Made by a program: the position numbers and the translations under genes
Shown: positions 40,901-62,500 of the stretch, in pieces
Layout of the letters: the number at the start of each line of letters is the position of its first letter
Numbering within the stretch: the first letter of the stretch is position 1
Source: Bugula neritina
Taxonomy: Eukaryota; Animalia; Bryozoa
Length of the DNA stretch: 64,000 nt
Direction of reading: 5' to 3'
NCBI GenBank assembly: GCA_964035545.1
Contig: OZ037767.1
Span: 3,798,707 to 3,862,706 of the forward strand
The notes under the pieces: generated by a model
Told to the model about the DNA's origin: nothing
Seen by the model: the letters and a program-made list of their open reading frames with translations, nothing else
Databases searched by the model: none

Positions 40901-43900
40901 ATACGTTTTGCTATATTAGGGTTGTACATTGGGTGGTTAAGATAGTGTGCTTGCGTGTGTTTGTAATTTATCACTAGTCGATATATAATTTCTAACTTGA
41001 CTATAACAAATTGGTTTACTCTTTTATATAACAATGTTTTTCATCTCTTTAAATGATAGTCTTTTTTCCACATTAACACAATATTACGTGTTTCTAAAAA
41101 TGTGTGTGTCAAAATTGGCTTCAGAAAAAATTAAGAACACTAACCTGCATTTGTGCTTTGTTTGACCAGCTTTTTAGTTGATTCATAGGAAGGTTTATGA
41201 GAGTAACATGAAGATACATAGGGCTTCTTAGGTGTCATTTTAAAGTCTAAACTTTTGCCCAGATTATTGACAAGGAAGCCCACAGCACTATCTGATCTAA
41301 AACTACCTGTAGTTGAAATGGTCACATTATTTACAGCTTTTGAAGTGTTTTTAAGGTGTCATCCCAAATAGACGCTTCCCAGTTAGACGATAGGCTAAAT
41401 TTCCCTTTTCGACGTTTCCCAGTTAGACGTTATTTATTTATATTTAAATATATATGTATATCTAAATAAAGCACATATTGAGCACATAAATGAACCTTTT
41501 TGATCTGCATTAACTTATTAATTTTACATATATTTTGCTTCTTGTTTAAACAGATACTTTGTTAATGAGTATTGACTAATTCAAGATAATGTTTATTATT
41601 AATATATTACGTTTTTTGTCCCACACAAATTTATGAGAATTAAAACATTATTCCAGATAATTCATGTTGGCTATTATAGCTATTAGCATTTTAGCAATGA
41701 ATGCAACAGTTATATAGGTATATTACTATAAAATTATATGGCACCAAAATAGAAAATAGCGTCTAAACTGGGAATCGTTTAAGTGGGATGAAACCGTTTT
41801 TAAGACTGAAGACTTTTTTAAAAACAGATCTACGCATAGTTTTTCTCAGTGCTGCAAAGTATGCTATTTACTGCTGCTGAAAAGTTAAACTCACAGCTGC
41901 AATGTTATAATTGCTATTTTTATGAAGCTTAGCAACATTTTAGTTTGTTTTACCTGTTTCTTTGTCTTTTTCTCCAAAATTGAATTTGTTCCAATTTGAT
42001 TTGGGAAATAGCTGTGGATGTTTATTATAGTCTTCCATTCTCAATTCCTAAAAACATTATATGTGTATTTTGTTACAGTTTAAAAGGTCAAAACGTAGCA
42101 CAGAGCAAAGTAATTTTATTTACTATTAGTTGCTAAATATAACATTTCCTAAAAAAACACTGGTTTACGTCTTAGATTAAACTGAGGAAGTTGCTCACAT
42201 ATAACTATTCAATGCAGTAAATTAATTGAGTTAATATTTAAACAAATTAAACGAATAACTAGTAACATAAGTAAAGTTTAATATACTTTGAAAACACTAG
42301 TAGATTATCAGTCATTACCAAAAACTGCCTCGGTCTTAAACTAAGCTCACAATTTTAAATAATAATTCGTTGTGCAGTATTGTTTAAACTTTAAACTCTA
42401 CTATAGACTGTTTTTGATAATTCTATAACTCACTTCCAAACTATAGGCTCCATAACTTTTCATTCCAGTGATGCAGTAATGCTTTGTTTTCACTGTAGTA
42501 GCAAGGCCATTTTTCATCATATTATCTTGGCCATCTGTTGGAACAAAACTAGTTTTGTAAGTGTCTGGTGGTGCAGAGTCAGATGAAAACTGGGTGGCAC
42601 TGAGAGCTTGAAAACCTGTTTTAGATGTGGATAGCTCTGATCCCCAGTTATTAGTAACATAACTTGTTGATGGTTTTGCTGGTTCTGTAGTGGCTCCAAA
42701 GCTGAAACCAGTTGCTGGTTCTGTAGTGGCTCCAAAGCTAAAACCAGTTGTTGGTTCTGTAGTGGTTCCAAAGCTGAGGCCAGTTGTTGCTCTTGTAGTG
42801 GCTCCAAAATTGACACCAGTTGCTGGTTCTGTAGTGGTTCCAAAGCTAAAACCAGTTGCTGGTTCTGTAGTGGCTCCAAATCTGAGACCAGTTGCTGCTC
42901 TTGTAGTGGCTCCAAAGCTGAAACCAGTTGCTGGTTCTGTAGTGGCTCCAAATCTGAGGCCAGTTGCTGCTCTTGTAGTGGCTCCAAAGCTGACACCAGT
43001 TGTTGGTTCTGTAGTGGTTCCAAAGCTAAAACCAGTTGCTGGTTCTGTAGTGGCTCCAAAGCTGAGGTCAGTTGCTGCTCTTGTAGAGGCTCCAAAGTTG
43101 AAAACAGTTGCCGGTTCTGTAGCGGTTCCAAAGCTGAGGCCAGTTGTTGCTCTTGCAGTGGCTCCAAAACTGAAACCAGTTGCTGGTTCTGTAGTGGCTC
43201 CAAAGTTGAGGCCAGTTGTTGCTCTTGCAGTGGCTCCAAAGCTGAAACCAGTTGCTGCTCTTGTATTGGCTCCAAGGCTGAAACCGGTCTCTGCTTTTGT
43301 AGTGGTTCCAAGGCTGACACTAGTTGCTGCCCCTGTAATGGCTTCAAAGCTGAAAGGCCCTAATGGCTTACCAAATGGTTGACTTGCATTAACCACAGAT
43401 GAGCTGGAAGCACTTTTTGATCCAAAAATATTTGTAGCAGAAGTGGTTGAAATTTTTCCAGCTTCTGAAGATGTGGCTCCAAAAATAGAATTTGTTGTTA
43501 CTGGCTTACCAAATGTTTGACTTGCAGTAACCAGAGACGAGCTGAGAGAACTTTTTGATCCAATGATATTTGTAGTAGAATTGATTGTTTTTTTAGCTTC
43601 TTTGGTCAACAATGTATCATACAAGTTAGCTGTTGGGTTAAACAAGTTTTTGTCTAATAGCTTATTAGATGATTCAAAAGAATTTAATAAATCAGTTGGT
43701 TTTGCAACAAAAGGAATTTCGATTGAAGTGGAGCTGGACAATTTTTCAGCAAATTTATGTGGCACTAAATTAGAGTTTCCTGTATCTGCAGCTTTCTCCT
43801 GCAATAGAAATTGAGATATATGAATGAAATAGTGAAGCCTGCACCTTACTTTTAGCTGAATGTTCCGTTCATTAAAATGGGCCTTTTCAGACACCTACAG

Positions 43901-45988
43901 AGTTGAAAAATCTTGAAAAAATAATTATACTATTTTGTAGTAAAATCTTTATGCACAAACTTGTTTGATTACAAGGATACTTACTATACTTTCTGAAGAG
44001 TCTGGGTTGTTTGTCTCACATGCCAATTTAGTTGTGTTTTCTTTGTCTTCAGCAGATGTATCACCTTAACAATAGCAACATCACATAATTCGCATAGAAA
44101 AGGTACACAAATGGCATCTTAGATTATCATAAGCATGCGATACACTTTATTGATATGTACATTCCAATTCTCAACTTTTGTCTGCACAGTTTTGCTTCAA
44201 TCAATGTATAAACTATCAAGACTAAATTACCATGTATTACCATATTTCATGGGTTATTAAATATACAGCTGTGTTGAGATACTTGAGTAGATTAGACCAC
44301 AAGCTAAGCTCAATGTTACACTCTTAATATTGATTAAAGATTACTATTTGACCAAGAGTTGTATGTATGCCAAACTTTATACTATCAACTAAATTATGAT
44401 CTCATAGCTTTAATTGAAAGTATATAACTATCTTGGTAATAATGTTTAACTTTAACAAACTAGAGGAAGAATATAGCAAACTTGTTGTAAGCTTGATTTA
44501 GAACTAAATATATATGGAAAACATGGAGTTGCTGATAAACTATGTAAAAAAGAGCTGTTTCACTCTTTGGTATTCAGCTATCAACATTATGCTGCTTAGA
44601 ATTATCACCGACTCGCAACCGAAGCAAAATAATGCTAGAGCTTGTAGCATTATTGTAATATTCATACACATCGAGAGACACTTTCAACATTACAACTTTC
44701 TAAGCGTGGCAACTGCTGTCTTTTATTAGTAAAGCAAATGAGTGCTTTCTAAATACCGTTGTGCGAAAGGGTCATTCTCATGCATGCCTTTAGCATGTTT
44801 TGATGGGCATACAGGTAAGTAATGAGGAAAAAACCAATACCCGAAGTTTATTATTATCCTTACAAATAAATTGATTTAGGGTGCAAGTTGACCTAGGATG
44901 CAACTTCACCATGTAGGACACAGGCTTTTTTAATTTCTCCATTACTCCATCTAGTTTACAAAAAGTTACACGTACATGTGCATAACCCAGTAATTAGCAG
45001 AAAATATCCCACTCACTTTCAGACACCCATCTACCAGTGCAGATGGTGTTGAGGTCACAGGACTGGCAGAAGAGTCTGTAGCAGAACTCACACCCTCTGG
45101 TTACGTTTTCATCCTCATGTTCAAAGCATTTTATCTTTCTGTATTTGGCTTTAGATTGAGCATATTTCATTATGGAAATCTTATCATGCTCCAAATCAAA
45201 GACTCTGTCATGATTCTAGAAGAAATATTTCGAAGGATACATCATCCAAGCATAAATTTGTCAACTGAGAAAAAAGATTTAAAGCTTGCAAATAATAGAG
45301 ATAATGCATCAGCTCGAATTTGTCAAACTTTTCAATGTATGACGTATACACAAGCCAAACTCAAGGACAGAGGACAATTGATTTCCTTACCTCTTCATGA
45401 CTTTTACAGAAAGCTCTCTCGCAGTGTAAACAGAAACTATGTGCCAATTCAGCTGGTTCTGTCTTGCAAGAATCACAGTAAATGAGCTCGTGGTCAGGTT
45501 CAGATGGAGCATACTCCTTTTTTATTGGGTTCAACTCCAAGTAGGTGCATGTTTTTCTAAAAATTTTATAACATGTAAGAAATTTACTAAAGTATATATA
45601 CATATAATATACACACATATACACACATATGTGTGTATATGTGCGGTGAATGTATATAATTATAATGCTTAATAGTGCATCACTAAAAAGAGCTCAATGC
45701 AGGGCAGAGCACAGTGAAAAAAAATTTAGAGGATATGATAAAATTAGACTAAAACATTTTATCACTAGTAGCTTCATGTGTACATGTAATCATGCTGGAT
45801 ATGTATATAAGTGTAAATAGTTATACGAACTGGCAGACTATGCAGGTGATAGTTTCTCCGCTGTTACTCCCATGCATGCAGGGTAAACAGAATCTGTGAG
45901 AGCAGGGAAGCTGTCTTGGCTGGTCAACATCTATCAGCCTTTCCAAACAATATCCACATCTTTCATCTTCTGCTTTGCCCTTATCCAT
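37971..45988 (-). CDS. TRIM protein copy 1: RING, B-box1, B-box2, [FG repeats + Nup98-type GLEBS], coiled coil, beta-propeller-like domain
   Basis: Exons: 45988-45831 (C3HC4 RING CGYC..LPCSHRFCLPC..CIVC), 45556-45391 (B-box1), 45215-45017 (B-box2), 44064-43985, 43798-42434 (FG repeats and GLEBS N-half), 42047-41954 (ELRMEDY), 41306-41145, 40832-40627 and 40269-39993 (coiled coil), 39495-38575, 38101-37971 (LAVCSSDGTVRVFKIE*, WD40/NHL-like last blade). Phases are consistent throughout. Confidence 0.85.
41355..41795. mobile_element. MITE inserted in a TRIM copy 1 intron
   Basis: Imperfect ~35-bp TIRs (ggtgtcatcccaaatagacgcttcccagttagacg / cgtctaaactgggaatcgtttaagtgggatgaaacc), 8-bp TSD gtttttaa, and absent from the homologous intron of copy 3 (~60280). 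Confidence 0.8.
42670..43360 (-). repeat. Coding 36-bp tandem repeat (12-aa ATGFSFGATTEP/RA unit, ~19 copies)
   Basis: Seen in ORF 42401..43894; 16 of the 19 units retain FG. Confidence 0.95.
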
Positions 45989-46384
45989 AGTGCTACTAAA
46001 ATGTTGACTATTTAGATACAAATATCTTCTACTGCGTGTTGAATAAAATAAATTGACAGATTCTATTGGTCAACAAAATCTTCCCTCTCTACGCTTTTCT
46101 ACAAATATGTATTGCTCATATATATACTGCCATAAAAGAATATCATGCTTTTGTAAGTTTCACTAACATATATAAGTAATATAACTTACATTTTCTGTAA
46201 TCTTAAGGCAGACTCAGATTGCCTTACCAGGCCCAACAAAAGGCAGAACTCTATTCACCTCTCTGTCTAAAATACTCTGTGTGGGTGCTTGTAGTGTGCG
46301 GCTCACTGAATTCTCATTGTTTGCTTTAGTCAATGCAATTTTGAATATTATACTGCAGTCAATGAAGGGGCTTTTTGCAAGCTT

Positions 46385-46394
46385 GGGACTTTCC
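46385..46394. promoter_or_regulatory. Canonical NF-kB site upstream of TRIM copy 1
   Basis: GGGACTTTCC, with a weaker GGGGCTTTTT ~18 bp away, just upstream of the likely non-coding first exon (donors near 46189/46227). Confidence 0.6.
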
Positions 46395-47654
46395 CCTTTT
46401 CAGCTATATGTGTGATCAATCTAATCAGAGCTACAATCTATATTCTGGACTCAAAGGTCTTTGGCTATTGAAATCAAAAACAATCTAATGCATATTAGTT
46501 TAGAACAATGCCTGTCTCTAATAACTAATTAGATCAATTCCAACCAATGGCCACTACTGCACTTCCACATAGCAACTTATAATGCTTTTTGCAGTTAACA
46601 TAAATCAACTACAATTAAAAAGTGTTCAAATATGAAGACTGTTTGTATAAAATCTCCACTCCTGGGATAGCCTCTGAGGGCTATAGAGAGAGTTTTTCAA
46701 ACCAAACTGCAGGCGATGGATTGTGCATGTTTTAACACAGCCCCAATTAGGATCTGTTGCTTTTTCTACTTTCCCTACTCCACCTGGCCCTACTAGAAAC
46801 AATGACTTAGTATATGCTAGCTAGGCCATTGCTCCAAGTCTAACCACAGTAGATCATACAGCTTCTCCCTAAATACTTTTTTTACTGTTTTTAAATTGCC
46901 TTTTTATATAATGTGAATGGTAATCACATGGTTTATGAAGGGTGGGGGGGGGGGGGGGAGGCAACTACAAACAACTAAATCTAATCATCATCAACTACTG
47001 TCCCTGCTCCAACTGCATATATTGAATTCATCTCACTTGGTTTAGAACACAAATTGTCTTGCTGAAAACGTTGCTATGTGCATAATGCCTTTATATTATA
47101 AAATTATTTCAGTTTTCAGTTATAAAAATTAAATATCTTTAGCAAACACAGTTCCGACTTTGTTTCCCATTTTTATTCATGCCTACTTATTATAGCCAGT
47201 ATTTACACTGAATTTCGCAACGTGTTTTTATGTCTGTGAAATGTAATAAATCAATCATTCAATCAAATAAAAATCAATTGCTAGAATATTGTAGTTACTA
47301 GCCCCTAATATTGACAATAAAATATTAGGCAAAAAATAGAGCTGCTTTTATTCATCAATATATACCTGGGATTTTGTAAGTTAATTTCTAAGGTGTACTT
47401 CATATATATTATTATTGCTTACATCTGAAAAATTCGCTGCGGCTGATATAAATTTAAGTCGTTTTACTTATTAAAACTCAATTTATACACAGAAAGCTGG
47501 TTGGTTTACTATAAAAAAAAGTTATATCACACAGACATGCAAACGGGTACATAAAATTATTGCCATAAATTCAAACACTTTTCTACTTGTATACATACGT
47601 ATAAAAAATCATCACAAACAGGAATTATAATAAATAAACTATAATAAGCATCAG

Positions 47655-54890
<7,236 letters not shown>

Positions 54891-55286
54891 GGTGCTATTA
54901 AAAAGTTCATTATTGATATACAAATATCTTATACTGCGTGTTGAATTAAATAAATTGACAGATTCTATTGGTCAACAAAATCTTCCCTCTCTTCGCTTTT
55001 CTACAAATATGTATTGCTCATATATATACTGCCATAAAAGAATATCATGCTTTTGTAAGTTTCACTAACATATATAAGTAATATAACTTACATTTTCTGT
55101 AATCTTAAGGCAGACTCAGATTGCCTTACCAGGCCCAACAAAAGGCAGAACTCTATTCACCTCTCTGTCTAAAATACTCTGTGTGGGTGCTTGTAGTGTG
55201 CGGCTCACTGAATTCTCATTGTTTGCTTTAGTCAATGCAATTTTGAATATTATACTGCAGTCAATGAAGGGGCTTTTTGCAAGCTT

Positions 55287-55296
55287 GGGACTTTCC
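55287..55296. promoter_or_regulatory. Canonical NF-kB site upstream of TRIM copy 2
   Basis: GGGACTTTCC in a promoter block nearly identical to that of copy 1. Confidence 0.6.
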
Positions 55297-56563
55297 CCTT
55301 TTCAGCTATATGTGTGATCAATCTAATCAGAGCTACAATCTATATTCTGGACTCAAAGGTCTTTGGCTATTGAAATCAAAAACAATCTAATGCATATTAG
55401 TTTAGAACAATGCCTGTCTCTAATAACTAATTAGATCAATTCCAACCAATGGCCACTACTGCACTTCCACATAGCAACTTATAATGCTTTTTGCAGTTAA
55501 CATAAATCAACTACAATTAGAAAGTATTCAAATATGAAGACTGTTTGTATAAAATCTCCACCCCTGGGATAGCCTCTGAGGGCTATAGAGAGAGTTTTTC
55601 AAACCAAACTGCAGGCGATGGATTGTGCATGTTTTAACAGAGTACCAATTAGTATCTGTTGCTTTTCCTACTTTCCCTACTCTACCTGGCCCTACTAAAA
55701 ACAATTACTTAGTATATGCTAGCTAGGCCATTGCTCCAAGTCTAACCACAGTAGATCATACAGCTTCTCCCTAAATATAACGGTTTAGGAAATTATCTGA
55801 ATTTTCATACAATACTTTTTTTACTGTTTTTAAATTGCCTTTTCATATAATGTGAATGCTAACCACATGGTTTATGAAGGGTGGGAGGACAACTACAAAC
55901 AACTAAATCTTATCATCATCTACTGTCTCTGCTCCAACTGCATATATTGAATTCATCTCACTTGGTTTAGAACACAAATTGTCTTGCTGAAAACGTTGCT
56001 ATGTGCATAATGCCTTTATATTATAAAATTATTTCAGTTTTCAATTACAAAAATTAAATATCTTTAGCAAACACAGTTCCGACTTTGTTTCCCATTTTTA
56101 TTCATGCCTACTTATTATAGCTAGTATTTACACTGAATTTCGCAACGTGCTTTTATGTCTGTGAAATGTAATAAATCAATCATTCAATCAAATAAAAATC
56201 AATTGCTAAAATGTTGTAGTTACTAGCCCCTAATATTGACAATAAAATATTAGAGCTGCTTTCAGTCATCAATACCTGGAATTTTGTAAGTTAATTTCTA
56301 AGGTGTACTTCATATATATTATTATTGATTACATCTGAAAAATTCACTGCGTCTGATATAAATTTAAGTCGTTTTACTTATTAAAACTCAATTTATACAC
56401 AGAAAGCTGGTTAGTTTACTATAAAAAAAGTTATAACACACAGACATGCAAACGGGTAAATAAAATTATTGCCATAAATTCAAACACCTTTCTACTTGTA
56501 TACATACGTATAAAAAATCATTACAAACAGGAATTATAGTAAATAAAGCTATATAAGCATCAG

Positions 56564-59500
56564 TTACTCAATTTTAAAAACCCTCACAGTTCCGTCAGAG
56601 CTGCACACTGCTAATATATCTCTCTTTACAGCAACACCAATCACATCAGAACATTCTTGAAGTTGCTCATGAGACAAACGGGACACTAGGGTTCCTATTA
56701 AAAATATATTGTAGCATATAATTTATATAAATGACAAATCTATGTATTATTTACAGGACAAAGTTATAGATGTTACGATCTCATAATTGAAAACCGTTTA
56801 CTATTTTTGTTTTAAGAAACAAAATGATTAAACATATTGTTTGGCGTTTTTTAGCATAATAAAACTTTTCACCATTAAATTACTTCAACGCAGGTTTAAA
56901 AAAGTTTTTATCTTACACTGCTTGAAAATTATTAAAAAAAGTAATTCATCAGTATGATGTCTGGCAATTAATTTTTGCAACTAAGTCATCACATGGTAAT
57001 CTGTGTGAAGTAACTAAGGAGCTATCAGCATAATTAAAGATGTAGTCATCAACTTCAAAGCCTTGTAGTAAACCAGCTTTATTTTTATGCATATCAATTG
57101 ACATTTTCATGATGTATGCTATAATGAGATATGCTGGAAGTTGAATCAATCCAAATAAATTAAATACATACCACTTGAGTCTCTAACTACGACTTGCTTG
57201 GAGTAGCTGAAAATCTGGTAAATGTATCCAAATGAGTCTTTAGATTTAGAGCAGCATGATATTTTGCAATCAACTTTTGTTGTTGTCCTTTGAGCTATTT
57301 CCTGGGTTACCCCTTTTGCAGATTCACCATTCACTTCAAGATATTTTTGTAGTAACTGCAATGATTGAAAAGTATTTTCCCTGCCATGACTTGATTCATT
57401 TCTTTTCAAAGCTTTTTCATTCGTTGGATCGAAACGTAGCTGTGCAGACGAGCTGTCTGACTGTATTGAAAAAGGATCTGGTCCAAAGTTAAAAGCCATC
57501 GTGTGACAAATATTGTCAGAAGTAGTGCTATTGGCTATCAGCAGGAAAGACTCGTAACTTGACAAATCTGGCTTCCAAACTTTTACAGCAAAAGAGTTTC
57601 CTTTCATATGAAGCAAGAATTTAGCCGACAAGACTTCTGCTACTGGATACTTTGCAATGGTGGAACTACACAGGCTGTAAACATACAACTGCTTTTGACC
57701 AGACACAAGAAAAGCGACATATGTTTCAAAAACCACCACTGAAGCATCGGCAATAGGATCTGACTCTATCTGCAGCAACTCCTGCTTTACCTGTAAACTA
57801 ACAGTTGAATGCAGATATAGGAAAATCTTATTTTCTACTCGCTGCAGGCTTACAAGCCCATCACGAGTGACCAGGGGTGCAATGTCAAGAAGATGGCCAG
57901 TGGCCTTGTCTGTTCCCAAGTGATTCAACTGTGAGTCCATGATATGTATTTTGTCATGTACAGTCGTGAGTACTAGATTATCGTTGAAAGTCCACATCAT
58001 AGATTTTATATCTTTAATCAACACTTTTTTTAGAACGAGCTCCAAGTTCTCTGGCTTGAATGGCTTTATGGCAAAATGTGGTGTATCTAGAAACAGATGA
58101 GTGTAACATATAGGCTATTATATGCAATGACTCACATACTAATTGAAATTGTAAAACAGTTTAATGGATGTCAGAGTCAGAATATCACAGGTCGAAATAG
58201 TTCAGAATGGTTTGGAAAAAATATATCAGTCTGATAGGTGAATTATCGTTATAGCACTAAGTTATATTGCAAGAGTTATCGTAGCAATCCAAGTGGATAT
58301 AAAAATGATAAACAGTCATGATTTATCTGATAATCTTTCTAGTACATTATCCACCTAAAACAATACCTAGGATTAACTGTTCAAAATACCAGAAATATTA
58401 TGGAAACATGTTTATAGCTGGTCAAGGCATGACTGGAAAATCGATACTACATCAGTATTACTTAGAAATGGTTGCAAATTTTTAACTTTATAGCAAGAAT
58501 ATAGAGATCTTGAATATTCAATGCTATTATAACGAAGTCATTTCAAACTTGAGCTAACAACATTTTTTAATGTCCAAATAAATTGTTACTAACATGCGTG
58601 ACATTGTATGCTTGTACTTTCCAGCTCCATACACTTAATATTTTTCTGTAGGGCTGCTTCAACATCTCCTTTTTGTTCATGCAGTGTTCTAATGATATCT
58701 GGAAGACTACTTTCCTCGCTACATTGAGTCAGAACTTGTTCCAAAGTCTTTAGATTCACCATTTGTGATTCTATCTTTAGCGTGTGGTTAGCAGCTTTCT
58801 CCGAGTGATCAACCACTTTGGCAATGAGTTGTTGCTTGAACTCCTCTGCTTTCATAGTCATCTTTTTGTACTTTAAACATACATCATTAAACTTTCAACA
58901 AATTTGCCAAAGGATTATTTACGAAAACATAAAATTTAAAAATAATAGGTTGCAAAAACCAAACTGCAATAGCTTGAAAGCCCTCTAAAATCAACATTGT
59001 GATTAAAAAATTATTTACGTCATTTTGAAAAAATCTATTATTGAACTTTTCATCCTTTTGTGACAAAATGGTATCTTTAGTTCATTTATAAAAATTAAGC
59101 AAAAATAAATTTTGCATTTGGTTTTTACATGTGTAGCTTATGTGACCTGCGTTGTAAGTCTAAAACTAAAAGCCAGCTACCTCCTTTTCTACGAAATCAT
59201 CTACTTTGCCTGTCAGTTTTGTAATGTGTCGTTCATTTTCTTCTACCAATTGCCAAGCCTGCTTCTCACTTCTGCAAACTTCAGTTTGTTTTATAGCCAG
59301 CTCTGACACTTGATTGCTGAGCATTTGTCTGCAGTGACTTTCAAAATCTTTAAGAGGAACTGTTTTGTGGGACTGAGGAAATATCTCTGCAAATATCCAT
59401 GTGGCAACACCTTTAATATATGACTTAAATTAGAAGTTGTATTGTTGGCATACTTATTGCTATATTTGGGCTGTGGATTGGGCGGTTAAGACAGTTAGCC

Positions 59501-62500
59501 ATAGTTAAAAAGAACTTAATAGTAATCATAGAAGGTACATTAATTTTGGTTTAGGAAGGAGTGTAAACTCAAGCAAGATGAGCTCAAGCTTTGCAACTGG
59601 CATAGCCTTAAGGCTTGAATCTACATATGCCTTTTAAATTTATATTAATGGAAAAATGGTTCTTTTTTCATGTACAGGTATGTGAGGATTTTACAGTCTT
59701 TTGTTTTTCGCTAGTGGAATAAGGGCGGAACCTGCAATAACAGCTGTTTACAAATTGCAACTTTTGAATTTTCATCATTTATTGTTACTCTGAAGATGAG
59801 AACAGCAGTGCCAAAAATATTAGTCAATTACTTTGTTTAATAAAGTAATAAAACTAAAATGTTACTCGTATACTTATCCATAAAAAAAATATATATATAT
59901 ATGTATGTATATATTTCTAAATTAAGAATAACAAATTGGTTCGCCCTCCAACAAAATTTTATTTGTTTCCTTCAATGATAACTTTTCTCTTACTTTTACA
60001 CAATAGTGTTTTTTTTCCAGAAATTTTTTGTCAAACTTGGTTTTAGAGAGAATTTAGAACACTAACCTGCACCTGCGTTTTGGTTGACCATCTTATTAGG
60101 TGATTCATAGGAAGGTTTATGAGAGTAACATGAAGATACATAAGGCTTCTTAGGTTTCCCTCTGAAGCCCAAACCTTTGCCAGGACGATCTAATTGGCCT
60201 GGATTATTGGCGAGGAAGCCCATAGCATTATCTGTTCTAGAAATACCTGTAACCAAGCTGGTGACATTATTTACAGCTTTTGAAGTAATTTTATAACTAA
60301 AAATTTTTCGAAAATACAGATTGATGCATAATTTTTCTCAGTGCTGTAAATTTACCTACTGTTGCTGAAAAGTTGAAGTAACACCTGCAATGCTATAATT
60401 GCTGTTTTCATGAAGCTTAGCAATATTTATCGTTCTAAAATTATTAAAATTTCTTTTACCTGCATCTTTGTTTTTCTCTCCAAAATTAAACTTGTTCCAA
60501 TTTGATTTGGGAAATAGCAGTGAATGTTTATTATAGTCTTCCATTCTTAATTCCTAAAAGTATCATTTGCAGATTGTTTACAGTTCAAAAGGTTAAAAGG
60601 TAGCTCAGACCGAAGTAATATTTGCTAGTATTTCCATAAAAAACATTTGCTTTCTAAGGAAGTTACTTACATGCAACTATACTGCAAGTGTTGAAAATAC
60701 AATGAATGAATAATTATGGCATTGCGTTTTTATTAAAAAACATCACAACTCTAAGTCAATAAGTTTTCTCACAGTTTAACTTGCTTTTCGTACCCCAGTG
60801 CCTGGTGGTGCAGAGTCAGATAAAAACTGGCTGGTACTGAGAGCTTGAAAACCTGTTTTAGATGTGGATAGCGCTGATCCCCAGCTATTAGTAACATAAC
60901 TTGTTGATGGTTTTGCTGGTTCTGTAGTGGCTCCAAAGCTGAAACCAGTTGCTGGTTCTGTAGTGGCTCCAAAGCTGAGGCCAGTTGCTGCTCTTGTAGA
61001 GGCTCCAAAGTTGAAAACAGTTGCCGGTTCTGTAGCGGTTCCAAAGCTGAGGCCAGTTGTTGCTCTTGCAGTGGCTCCAAAGATGGAAGTTGTTGTTACT
61101 GGCTTACCAAATGGTTGACTTGCAGTAACCACAGACAAGCCGAAAGCACTTTTTGGTCCAAAGATATTTGTAGTGGAATTGGTTGAAGTTTTTACAGTTT
61201 CTGAAGGTGTGGCTCCAAAGATGGAAGTTGTTGTTACTGGCTTACCAAATGGTTGACTTGCAGTAACCACAGACGAGCCAAAAGCACTTTTTGATCCAAA
61301 GATATTTGTAGTGGAATTGGTTGAAGAATCAGATAAAGTAGTGGATTTTGCAATGAAAGGAACTTCAATTAAAGTGGAGCTGGACAATTTTTCAGCAGAT
61401 TTATATGGCACTAAATTAAAATTTACTGGATCTTCAATTCTGTCCTGCCATAAAAATTAAGATATATGCATAAAATAGCAAAACTTGCACCTTACTTTTA
61501 GCTGAATGTTCATGAAAATGGGTTTTTTCAGAAACTTACAAAGTTTAAAAACCTTGAAAAAATAGTTACTATTTTGTAGTAAAATCTTTATGCATAAACT
61601 TGTTTGATTAAAAAGATACTTACTATACTTTCTGAAGAGTCTGGGTTGTTTGTCTCGCATGCCAATTTAATTTTGTTTTCTTTGTTTTCAGCAGATGTAT
61701 CACCTTGACAACAGCAATATCATAAATTATATGTAGAAAAAGGTACACAAATGACATATTAGATTATCATTAGCGCAATGCACTTTAATGATATGTACAT
61801 TTCAATTTTTAAGTTTTGTCTGTACAACACTTGCACAGTTAAACTTCAATCTTGGAATTAATAAACACACACTTGCATTATAAATTTACAACTATTAAGA
61901 CTAGATTACCTGATATTTATTAAAGATTACTGTTTGATAAGGAGTTATGTGATAAAGATTTATTTGATACTTAGGAGTCATTTTACTTCATTTAGTACAC
62001 ATCAGCAAATTATGACCTAAGATTAAAGTTTGCTCAAAATTCATTGAAATTTACTATATTGTGTGGTATTTTTATGTGCTGGTTCTAATTATGCATAACA
62101 AAAAAAGCTGGGAGGGGCTTCCCCAACATTAAAGCACCGTCATTGTCATATGCACTTAATATATAAGTGCGATTGTCATGAAAAAACCGCGATGGTCTAC
62201 AAATATCTAAATTAGCTAAATAATTAGGAAAAACATGAGAAATTAGGCAAAATTAAAATTAAAATTGATTATATAGTTGTATTTATTGATATCAATAATA
62301 TGCTATTAGTTTTGGGTAAAAACCCATATAAATTAGCAGCTAAATTGGGAAAAATACCAAAGACTGGAGATTTCGAGTGTGTACTAAATTAAGTAAAATA
62401 ATCGTATGCCAAACCTTTTACTACCAACTATATTATGATTTATCTTACATAGCAGCTTTATTTGAAAGTGCATAACTATCTTGGTAATAATGTTCAGCTC

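Noticed and set aside
42517-43382. Alternative-frame and antisense ORFs (LEPLQNQQ and VAPKLKP repeats)
   Set aside because: By-products of a stop-free 36-bp repeat. Only the FG frame joins the neighbouring exons and leads into GLEBS.
42401-43894. A stand-alone Nup98 gene nested in the locus
   Set aside because: No autoproteolytic domain, Nup96 region or extended GLFG region. The exons are phase-compatible with the flanking TRIM exons and co-duplicated with them.
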